Assembly: GCA_022844165.1 (NCBI GenBank)
Contig: JALHMH010000006.1
Location: 32,001 to 96,000, forward strand
Length of the DNA stretch: 64,000 nt
Direction of reading: 5' to 3'
Source: Lysobacterales bacterium
GTDB lineage: Bacteria > Pseudomonadota > Gammaproteobacteria > Xanthomonadales > SZUA-5
In this document: one piece after another, positions 1 to 8,251 of the stretch
How positions within the stretch are numbered: position 1 is the stretch's first letter
Layout of the letters: each line of letters opens with the position of its first letter
The notes under the pieces: generated by a model
What the model saw: only the letters and a program-made list of their open reading frames with translations
Told to the model about the DNA's origin: nothing
Database searches by the model: none
Program-made: the position numbers and the translations under genes

Positions 1-42
1 GCAGCCTATGTTGGATGTTCGATATTTTCACCGGCACAGGCC

Positions 43-363
43 ATGGCACAAGGCTTCGAAAAGCGGCGCCATCCGCGCACCGAGATTTCGGCGGTTGCGG
101 TGTTGATCGCCACGGCAAAGGGTGCGTATTTGAGCCATCTGGCCGATGTGTCCCGCGGCGGTTGCCGAGTGGTTAGACCGTTGCCGTGGAGCAACGAGTC
201 GCGCCCTCCGTTTCGCCTTTATTTCATCGTCGACCAGGACACGGTGATCGACATCGAAGCTCTGATGGTGCGCGCGGGCGATGAGCACATCGCCTTCCAA
301 TTCGCGGCAGGACAGAACGACGAAGTCGAACAGCTGTTATACGAGGCACGCTTCATTGCCTGA
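43..363 (+). CDS. PilZ domain protein
   Basis: RRHPR (RxxxR) and DVSRGG (DxSxxG) PilZ motifs, 106 aa. Confidence 0.85.
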   Translation: MAQGFEKRRHPRTEISAVAVLIATAKGAYLSHLADVSRGGCRVVRPLPWSNESRPPFRLYFIVDQDTVIDIEALMVRAGDEHIAFQFAAGQNDEVEQLLYEARFIA

Positions 364-379
364 TGTGCTGGCCTACCCT

Positions 380-856
380 ATGCCATCCGGCCCGCAACTC
401 GCTTTGATCGCAGCAGTCGACCGTAACCTCGCGATTGGCGCGAGCGGCCAGTTGCCCTGGCACTATCCGGCAGACTTGAAACGCTTCAAGGCGCTGACCC
501 TTGGGCACGCCATTCTGATGGGCCGCAAGACCTTCGATTCGATCGGCAAACCCTTGCCCGGACGGCGCAACCTCGTGCTGACGCGCGCGGCGATTGCGCA
601 CAGTGGCATCGAAAGTTTCGATTCACTGGACGCTGCCTTGGGTGCCGTCGATGGACCCATCTGGGTGATCGGCGGCGGCGAAATCTACGCGCTGTGCCTG
701 CCACTCGCGCAGCGCCTGGAATTGACACGAATTCCACTCGCCATCGAAAACGCCGACGCGTGGTTTCCAGCCTTTTCCAGCGACAGTTTTGAGTGCGTTT
801 CGCGCCAGGCCGATCAGGATTTGGTCTTTGAGCGCTGGGAGCGATGCGTCGAGTGA
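380..856 (+). CDS. folA: Dihydrofolate reductase
   Basis: LIAAVDRNLAIG..LPWH.PADLKRFK..T, MGRKTFDSIGKPLPGRRNLVLTR, VIGGGEIY; start trimmed to ATG 380. Confidence 0.95.
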   Translation: MPSGPQLALIAAVDRNLAIGASGQLPWHYPADLKRFKALTLGHAILMGRKTFDSIGKPLPGRRNLVLTRAAIAHSGIESFDSLDAALGAVDGPIWVIGGGEIYALCLPLAQRLELTRIPLAIENADAWFPAFSSDSFECVSRQADQDLVFERWERCVE

Positions 857-935
857 CGGGCCGAATCGCTCACTGCGGAGCATGTGCGCGGCGGCCGCAA
901 CGCCATGGAGCGCACGGGCCATAGCCGTTCCGCTG

Positions 936-1829
936 TTACTGCACCACAATCTCAACCCGTCGATTCCGCGCTCGCCCGGGTTCCTGTGCGTTTGCTGCGG
1001 CCGGTGCCAGCGGGCCGACGCCGTGTGCAGACATTCGGCCAGCGGCGATGCCAAAGCGCTGCGTGAGCGCAGCAACAACGCTCGCTGCGCGATTGGCGGA
1101 CAGGCTTTGATTGTGCGCCAGGCTGCCCTGGTTATCGGTGTGACCAACGACGTACAACTTCAGCGCTGGCCGTTCTTTCAGTAGCAACGCGACCTGTTCA
1201 AGGGCCGTGTCCGACGTTGGCTGAAGTTTGGCGCTGTCGGTGTCGAAGAAAATGCCGTCGACGGCCACCCGGCCGTCGCGGTCCAGGGCTGAGCCCAGCG
1301 CGGCGGCGTCAGCCACGACGAGCCCCTGCTGCATTTGTGTCACTTCGATGATGTGGACATGGTGCACACTGGGATTGACCGCCACCGACACGTATGCGCG
1401 TTGCGACTGATACGCCAATTGCCCCGTGAAGTAGCGCACATCCTTGACGGCACCCATGTTCATACCGTTGATGGCGTTCCAGCTCGGGATTTCGCGCCAG
1501 CCGATGCCGCTGCTGGCGCAGCTGTCGCGGCCCACGCATTCATAGTCGATGCGCATGCCCGCCGCGACCAGCGCCTGGCGATAGTTCGCCGCGATTTCCA
1601 GTGGCGAACGGCCGGCGGGGTTGCGGTAGGTCAACCGGGTCAGCTTGCCCGACAAGGCCTCGGTTTGACTCGCATCCTCGCGCATGCCGACGATGCGCTG
1701 ATATTCGCTAAAGGCCAGCGCTTCTTTCTTGGTCAACACCGATCCTGGGTAAGCCGTCAACAGCGGGTGTTCGGCAAAGGCAGTGGCGGCGAGCGACAGC
1801 GCGCCAATCAAGCAGAACAAGCGTGGCAT
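936..1829 (-). CDS. OmpA-family protein with N-terminal DUF4892-like domain
   Basis: Signal peptide MPRLFCLIGALSLAATAFA; C-terminal IFFDTDSA..VVGHTD..NQSLSANRA..NRRVEI OmpA motif. Confidence 0.85.
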   Translation of the reverse strand: MPRLFCLIGALSLAATAFAEHPLLTAYPGSVLTKKEALAFSEYQRIVGMREDASQTEALSGKLTRLTYRNPAGRSPLEIAANYRQALVAAGMRIDYECVGRDSCASSGIGWREIPSWNAINGMNMGAVKDVRYFTGQLAYQSQRAYVSVAVNPSVHHVHIIEVTQMQQGLVVADAAALGSALDRDGRVAVDGIFFDTDSAKLQPTSDTALEQVALLLKERPALKLYVVGHTDNQGSLAHNQSLSANRAASVVAALTQRFGIAAGRMSAHGVGPLAPAAANAQEPGRARNRRVEIVVQ

Positions 1830-2007
1830 GGTCGATTCCAGGACAGATGCTGGCGCCAACCATAGCGCGCGTCCAGGGAAGACGCGAGCCGGTACGGCCA
1901 AGCGTTTCGTGCGCCAGCCAGCCATTTCACCTGGCAAGCTGCACGGATCGAGATTGCGACTTCGTTTGTACGGCTGCGGCCCCTTTGGCCGGACCTGGAG
2001 ATGCGCA

Positions 2008-4080
2008 ATGCGTTGTGTTGTTGGGTTGTGGTTATTGTGGTGTTCGGTCGCCGATGCGGGCATTGTGCCGGTGCGCTGGCCTGATGCCTCGGGCCTGTGC
2101 GCAGGAATGACGTTGCAGCAGTGCATCGAAGCCACGCCCGGAGGCGCGGAGCTGCGGGTGGTGCGCGGCGCCGGCGCCAACCCGCTGTACCACGCCATTC
2201 CAGGTACCTTGACCATCACTCGACCGTTGGTCCTGAGCGTCGAACCCGGTGTCGATGCGGTACTTGCCGATGGCGCCGATATCGAATGCGACCTGTCGGC
2301 AGGCGTGGGCAACTGCCACATTGAGGGCTTCGTTTTACGCCGCGGGAAAATTCGTCTCCTGGCGCCTGGAGCGTCGCCCGGCGATGTCCGCATTCTCCGC
2401 AATCGTATCGGCATCCCGTCGCGATCGAGCGCAACCGCAGCGATCGAGATCGACCTCCGGGGTGCGGTCTCAATGTCCAATTGGGAAGTACAGATCGCCA
2501 ACAACGTCTTGCATTCGACCGGGCCGTCCGGCGCCAACGGCATCTACGTCGTCAACGGTGTCCGGGCGCGTGCGCAAATTGCCGACAACCTGATCGAATC
2601 GAATCACGCGCAAGGGATGCGCAACGGCATTTTTGTGATCTATCAGAATGATGGCGAATTGCGCATCGAGCGCAACATCGTACGCGGCAGCACCGATGTC
2701 ACGGCGACTTCGAGTCCGATCACGATCACCCTGAATGGCCCGATGTCGGCGCCCATTCGCGTGGCCGACAATTGGATTCGTTCAGTGCCCGACGCCACCG
2801 GCGCTGGCATTGGCATGGTCCTGGGATTCCCAGGGGTCTCGACGGCACGCATCGTCAACAACTCGGTGATCGAAGGGCGATTCGGCATATCGCTGGCGAG
2901 CACCGCGCGCGCCGACACTTACGAGCTGCATAACAACCTCGTGGTTGGCCAATCGAACACCGCCGTCATCTTCTCTGGGGCGCCAATGGCGGCGCTCAAC
3001 AACACGTTCAACGCCTTGTTCGGAAATGCTGCGAGTGCCGTGGGTTTCGTACCGTCCAGCACCAACATCTTCGCCGACCCGCGGATCGAGAACCGCGACT
3101 TCCCGCGCCCGATCGCCGGCTCGCCACTGATCCAGGCTGGGAGCTTCTCACAGTGGTCCGCCCGGGCGGGAGAGCCGCCGTTTGTGGACGTAGGTGGCGA
3201 TCCCCGTCGAGGCAATGCGCTTGCAATCGACATTGGTGCGTTCCAGTGGCACCGCGACACCATCTTCGTTCATGAGGCGAACACCGAAAACTCCGACGGC
3301 AACTACACAGTCTTGCCCGCATCGATCGATGCGTCCAACCATCCGGTTGCCGTGCCTTTGGTGCAAGGGAGTATGCCAATGCAGCACGACCAGGCGGTCG
3401 GCGTCTGGCGCCCAACGCCGGCTCGCCTCGCGCTCTATCACGAAGATGCGGCAACGCCGATCAGTGGCCGTCGCTTCATTGTGGCCAGCTACGAGGCAGC
3501 GGCGTTCCCACACGATGCGGACTTGGGAAACACCGCAGGCGGCTGCACCCGCGTACCGGGGATCGGTTTCAACCAGCGCGATCCCAACTCTGTTGCCATC
3601 GCCATGCACCGATTTGAGGGTCCATTCGGCAATCTCTATTTTCCGGAGCCGTTCAGCATGGTTTTCGACGCCGACTGGTTTATTTGCACCGATACGCCTT
3701 CGGTGATTCCGCCTGGCCTGCGTTTTCATGTGCTGGATGCACCGCTGCGGTCGCCGAACGGATTCACGACCAGGGCGCTGCCGCAGTCTGCCGCCGAGGT
3801 GCCCTTGGCGCATCGATTGTTGGACGGCGCTGCCTGCGCTCTGCCCGTTGTCGGGCGCGGCCACGATACGACCGCGCTTTCGCAAGTGAATCCGCGCTCT
3901 CTGGCGGTACAGCACGAACCGCCGCGTGGCCCTGGTGCGCCGTCGCGATGGGTCGTGCATCGCGTCGGCACGTCATCCGAGCCCTTTCCGATGAATGCCG
4001 CATTCAACACCGTTTTAAGCGGTGCACAAGCGTTGCGTTGCCGGGTCGACGCGGATTTATTGCGCAACGGTTTCGAATAG
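2008..4080 (+). CDS. Secreted parallel beta-helix repeat protein with C-terminal 'NGFE' motif
   Basis: Signal peptide; repeated IxNNxI/IADNxI beta-helix rungs; 'PLIQAG..D..G.PR..DIGAFQ' choice-of-anchor-Q-like stretch; ends DLLRNGFE. Confidence 0.7.
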   Translation: MRCVVGLWLLWCSVADAGIVPVRWPDASGLCAGMTLQQCIEATPGGAELRVVRGAGANPLYHAIPGTLTITRPLVLSVEPGVDAVLADGADIECDLSAGVGNCHIEGFVLRRGKIRLLAPGASPGDVRILRNRIGIPSRSSATAAIEIDLRGAVSMSNWEVQIANNVLHSTGPSGANGIYVVNGVRARAQIADNLIESNHAQGMRNGIFVIYQNDGELRIERNIVRGSTDVTATSSPITITLNGPMSAPIRVADNWIRSVPDATGAGIGMVLGFPGVSTARIVNNSVIEGRFGISLASTARADTYELHNNLVVGQSNTAVIFSGAPMAALNNTFNALFGNAASAVGFVPSSTNIFADPRIENRDFPRPIAGSPLIQAGSFSQWSARAGEPPFVDVGGDPRRGNALAIDIGAFQWHRDTIFVHEANTENSDGNYTVLPASIDASNHPVAVPLVQGSMPMQHDQAVGVWRPTPARLALYHEDAATPISGRRFIVASYEAAAFPHDADLGNTAGGCTRVPGIGFNQRDPNSVAIAMHRFEGPFGNLYFPEPFSMVFDADWFICTDTPSVIPPGLRFHVLDAPLRSPNGFTTRALPQSAAEVPLAHRLLDGAACALPVVGRGHDTTALSQVNPRSLAVQHEPPRGPGAPSRWVVHRVGTSSEPFPMNAAFNTVLSGAQALRCRVDADLLRNGFE

Positions 4081-4138
4081 GAGCTGGGTGGGCCAGCGGT
4101 CTTGTCCGCCGGGCAGGAGATTCGCCTAGACTTGAGCG

Positions 4139-5863
4139 ATGTCCGCCCAACAACGCCGCGCCGATGTGCTTGCCCGAGTAGCGCACTTGCCGCTGTTCGC
4201 GGGATTGGAGCGGCGTTCGTTGGTGCGGGTCGCAGATGAGCTGCAGTGGATCGCTTTGCCAGGCGGCGCCGAGCTCTTTGCCGAAAACGATGTGCCTGAC
4301 GCGGTGTATGTGCTGGTTGCCGGTTCACTCGGTGCGTTTCGCCTGGTCGACGGCCGCCTGAAGTTGCTCGGCCGTGTGCAGCCGGGCGAAACGGTCGGCG
4401 AAATGGCGCTGTTGAGCGGACATGTGCGCACCGCGACAGTACGTGCATTGCGCGATTCGGAGGTCGTACGCTTTTCTCTTGAGGGCTTCGAGCGGCTGGC
4501 AAAACAGCATCCGGATGCGATGTTGGCGATCGCGCGCGTCGCGGTCGAGCGCCTGGAACGCACGCTGGAGGCCAAACGCCAGGATCCGCCGCCGCGCACG
4601 CTGGCGTTGCTGCCGGCGCATCCGGGCCTGGATCTCGAACCGCTGGTCGAGCGACTGGCGTACGCCATGGCGCGGTTTGGCACGGTCGCGGTTGTCGGTG
4701 CGGACGAAGGACGGGATGCGACGATTTCCGAATTGCACGATATCGAAGCCGATCATGCAAAGGTGATTTACGTCGGCAGCAGCGACCCGGCCTGGAACGA
4801 ACGCTGTCGCCGCCAGGCCGACACTTTGGTTCTGGTGGCCGACGCACGTGAACCCGCCGTCGCGATCGACGCCGCGTCAGCAACCGATGCCTATCAGGCC
4901 ATTTTGCTCGTTTTGATGCACCCAGGACGTATCGTCCCCGGCGCAGCGCGCGCCTGGCGCACGCGCCTTGGTATTGAGCAACATCTGCATGTGCGCGATC
5001 ACAACGATATCGATCGGCTGGCGCGCCACCTGGCGCATCGTGCCGTGGGTGTTGTGTTTTCGGGTGGCGGTGCGCGCGGGTTTGCGCACATCGGTGCGAT
5101 TCGCGCCATGCGCGAGGCAGGCCTGGCGATCGATTCGGTCGGCGGTACGTCGATCGGTTCGTTGATGGCGGCCGCGATCGCGCTCGAATGGGAAGACGAT
5201 CTCATCCAGAGCTGCTTTCAGCGCTCGTTTGTGGCGACCAATCCACTGTCGGATTACACCATTCCGCTGGTGGCGCTGGTCGCGGGGCGTAAGGCTTCGC
5301 GTCTGCTGCGGCGGGAGTTTACGGAGATCGATATCGAAGACCTGCCGTTGCCGTTTTACGCGGTCTCGGCCGATCTTGCGGACGGTCGCAGTGTGGTGCA
5401 TCGCAGCGGCCCCTTGTGGCGCGCATTGCGCGCGTCTATCGCGATTCCCGGCGTGTTGCCGCCGGTCTGCCAGGGCGGCAAAGTGCTCGTCGACGGCGGT
5501 GTGATCGACAATCTGCCGATCGCGGCGATGCGCAAACGCCACCACGGGCCGGTCATCGGCATCGATATTGCCGGCAACCACGCGCTGGCAACGGATCTGG
5601 ATGAAACCGATCTGCCCTCTGCATGGGCGCTGCTGATGGCGCGCTGGCGCGGCCACCCCAAACGTCCCGGTATCTTGCGCATTTTGTTGCGTGCCGGCAT
5701 GGTCAACTCCGCCAGTACCGCCGAAGCGAACGCTGCGATGAGCGATCTCATCGTCAAGCCACCCGTCGACAACATCGATCTGTTGGCCTGGCAACGCTTC
5801 GAAGATGCGATCGCAAGCGGCTATGCGCACACTCGCGCGGCGTTGGCGAAGGCGACGCTGTGA
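4139..5863 (+). CDS. cNMP-binding domain + patatin-like phospholipase (NTE/RssA family)
   Basis: GEMALL..RTATVRA cNMP motif; GGGARG, GTSIG (GxSxG) and DGG patatin motifs. Confidence 0.92.
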   Translation: MSAQQRRADVLARVAHLPLFAGLERRSLVRVADELQWIALPGGAELFAENDVPDAVYVLVAGSLGAFRLVDGRLKLLGRVQPGETVGEMALLSGHVRTATVRALRDSEVVRFSLEGFERLAKQHPDAMLAIARVAVERLERTLEAKRQDPPPRTLALLPAHPGLDLEPLVERLAYAMARFGTVAVVGADEGRDATISELHDIEADHAKVIYVGSSDPAWNERCRRQADTLVLVADAREPAVAIDAASATDAYQAILLVLMHPGRIVPGAARAWRTRLGIEQHLHVRDHNDIDRLARHLAHRAVGVVFSGGGARGFAHIGAIRAMREAGLAIDSVGGTSIGSLMAAAIALEWEDDLIQSCFQRSFVATNPLSDYTIPLVALVAGRKASRLLRREFTEIDIEDLPLPFYAVSADLADGRSVVHRSGPLWRALRASIAIPGVLPPVCQGGKVLVDGGVIDNLPIAAMRKRHHGPVIGIDIAGNHALATDLDETDLPSAWALLMARWRGHPKRPGILRILLRAGMVNSASTAEANAAMSDLIVKPPVDNIDLLAWQRFEDAIASGYAHTRAALAKATL

Positions 5864-5997
5864 CCCGACTTGCGCACAACCGGTCGCGAGGCCGTTGTGC
5901 AGCAACGCCGATATACGAAGCGAATTGGGCATGGCATCGCGCCAAGAGCGGCCTTTTTGCGTAGCATCCGCAATGGTCGCACTCGACGGGGATCGAA

Positions 5998-6450
5998 ATG
6001 GCTGAGACCGGAGCGTTGGGCTGGATAAGTGGCGCCTTGGGTGGTTTGTTCAAACAGGAACAACTGGATCCAAAAGAGGAAATTTTCATCGCCGTGCTGT
6101 TCGCATTGCTCGGCTCGCTGGCCCGCGCTGACGGTGTGGTGTCCGCCGAAGAGGCGGCGCATGGCGAAGAACTCATCGATCGCATGCAGTTATCCAAAGC
6201 TGGCCGCAAGCTGGCGTTTACGCACTTCGAACGTGGTCGCGCTGGCGGGCTCAATGTTGAAGCGGAGTTGAACCGTTTTCTGGCCGTGTTTCGGCAGAGT
6301 TCAACCCACTCTGAGCAATTGATGGAAGCGTTGTTGACCTTGGCGCGTGCCGATGGTCGCATGCGCATTCCTGAAAAATCGTGGTTGACGCGCGTCGGCA
6401 CACGACTCGGGATCGATTCGGAGACACTGAAGGAGCGCATCGGCTCCTGA
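5998..6450 (+). CDS. TerB-family protein (DjlA N-terminal-like, no J domain)
   Basis: [12 protein letters not shown] and [12 protein letters not shown]erB metal-binding motifs. Confidence 0.75.
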   Translation: MAETGALGWISGALGGLFKQEQLDPKEEIFIAVLFALLGSLARADGVVSAEEAAHGEELIDRMQLSKAGRKLAFTHFERGRAGGLNVEAELNRFLAVFRQSSTHSEQLMEALLTLARADGRMRIPEKSWLTRVGTRLGIDSETLKERIGS

Positions 6451-6524
6451 GGTTAGCGACGCGGGGTCAACTTCTTCGCAGCGAACGGCGCTATCGTTCG
6501 CTGCTACGATTGCCGCAGGAACAT

Positions 6525-7610
6525 ATGCGCATTTTCCCGCAACATCGCACGTGGGTGCACAGCGCCATTGCTGAGATCGACGCCGACTTTCAGCGTTCGG
6601 CGGATACACATCTGTTTCGCCTCCCGTGGCCGGCGGCGCCAGCGATTCGCATCTACTTTAAAGACGAATCCACGCACCCGACAGGCAGTTTGAAGCATCG
6701 GCTTGCGCGCTCGCTGTTTTTGTTCGGGCTGTGCAACGGCTGGATCGGACCGAAGACGCCGATCATCGAGGCCTCCAGCGGTAGCACCGCGATCAGTGAA
6801 GCCTACTTTGCGCGACTGCTGGGCCTGCCGTTCATCGCGGTGATGCCGCGCCACGTGTCGCCGGAGAAAATCGCGCAGATCGAGTTTTATGGCGGGCGCT
6901 GCCACCTGGTCGATGGTCCAAGTGTCTACGCCGAATCCGAGCGGCTCGCGCGAGAGCTGGGTGGCCACTACATGGACCAGTTCACGTTCGCCGAGCGGGC
7001 CACCGATTGGCGCGGCAATAACAACATCGCCGAAGCGATTTACGCACAGATGCAGCGCGAGCCCGATCCGATTCCGCGCTGGATTGTCGTCTCTGCCGGT
7101 ACCGGTGGCACGTCCGCGACCATCGGGCGTTACATGCGTTACTGCGCGAAACGCGACTGCAGCAGCCAGCTGTGTGTCGTAGATCCCGAACGCAGTGTGT
7201 TCTACGACTATTTCCAGAGCCTGGATGCGACGCTGACACTCGATTGCAGTTCGCGCATCGAAGGCATCGGTCGGCCGCGCGTCGAACCCTCGTTCGTACC
7301 AAGCGCGATCGATCGCATGCTGCAAATACCGGACGCCGCGTCGTTGGCGGCGATGCGTTTTCTCGAATCCCTGCTCGGTCGGCGCTGCGGTGGTTCCACC
7401 GGCACCAACTTCTACGGCGTTTGCACACTGCTCGCGGAAATGCGTGAGCGCAGCGAAACCGGTTCAGTGGTGACGCTGATTTGCGACGGCGGCGAACGAT
7501 ATCGCTGCACCTATTACAACGACGAATGGGTGCGCGCCCAGGGTCTGGACCTCGCACCATATCGCGCGCAATTGGAACGCTTCTGGCAAGGCGGTGCCTG
7601 GTCGTTGTGA
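6525..7610 (+). CDS. PLP-dependent cysteine synthase-family protein (Cds1-like L-cysteine desulfhydrase)
   Basis: [32 protein letters not shown] motifs; RBS AGGA before ATG 6525. Confidence 0.88.
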   Translation: MRIFPQHRTWVHSAIAEIDADFQRSADTHLFRLPWPAAPAIRIYFKDESTHPTGSLKHRLARSLFLFGLCNGWIGPKTPIIEASSGSTAISEAYFARLLGLPFIAVMPRHVSPEKIAQIEFYGGRCHLVDGPSVYAESERLARELGGHYMDQFTFAERATDWRGNNNIAEAIYAQMQREPDPIPRWIVVSAGTGGTSATIGRYMRYCAKRDCSSQLCVVDPERSVFYDYFQSLDATLTLDCSSRIEGIGRPRVEPSFVPSAIDRMLQIPDAASLAAMRFLESLLGRRCGGSTGTNFYGVCTLLAEMRERSETGSVVTLICDGGERYRCTYYNDEWVRAQGLDLAPYRAQLERFWQGGAWSL

Positions 7611-8251
7611 GACCATCCATCGGCAAACGTGGGCGTTTGATTTTTGCCGGTATCGATGCGCTGCTGCCGTTGCTGGGAATACTCTGCTTCGGCTGGTCGG
7701 CCGTGGCTTATGTGATCTGGTTCCTGGCCGACTGTGTGCTCGTGCCAGCGGGTGCAGTCGCCCGCCGCGTGCAGTTCCAACTCCATGGCTTCGATCCTGG
7801 CCCAGAGGCGAATTGGGTGGATCACGCTTCGTTGTGGCTGGCGCCAGTGCTGACGCTGGGTTTGTTCGCACTGGTCATGGGCGCAGGGCTGGCGGCATTC
7901 CTGGTGCCGTTGATTTTGTTTTCCAACTGGTGGCCAGCCATCGTTGCCGCTTGGCACAGCGAGCTGTTTTTCGCGATCGTTTCCAGCCTGGTGCTCCAAA
8001 CTTTCGCCACGTTGCGACCCAGCCAGCCGCTGAAATCGATTGAGGCGGCGTTTGCCCAGGAACACCAAAGCGCATTGCCGTTGGCCTTGGCCTTGATCGT
8101 GATGCCAGGCGCCATTGCCGCTGGCGCGGCGCTCGGACAGAGTGGCTTGATGATCGTCGCTACGGTCGCTTCGGCGCTGCGCCTGGTGTTGGCCTGGTAT
8201 CAGGAATCGCGCGCGCCCAGCGATGAGTCAGCGCCGCCACGGCGGCGGTGA
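7607..8251 (+). CDS. Multi-pass membrane protein (possibly DUF6498-like)
   Basis: Hydrophobic ORF with GTG start overlapping the upstream stop (GTGA). Confidence 0.55.
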   Translation: MRPSIGKRGRLIFAGIDALLPLLGILCFGWSAVAYVIWFLADCVLVPAGAVARRVQFQLHGFDPGPEANWVDHASLWLAPVLTLGLFALVMGAGLAAFLVPLILFSNWWPAIVAAWHSELFFAIVSSLVLQTFATLRPSQPLKSIEAAFAQEHQSALPLALALIVMPGAIAAGAALGQSGLMIVATVASALRLVLAWYQESRAPSDESAPPRRR

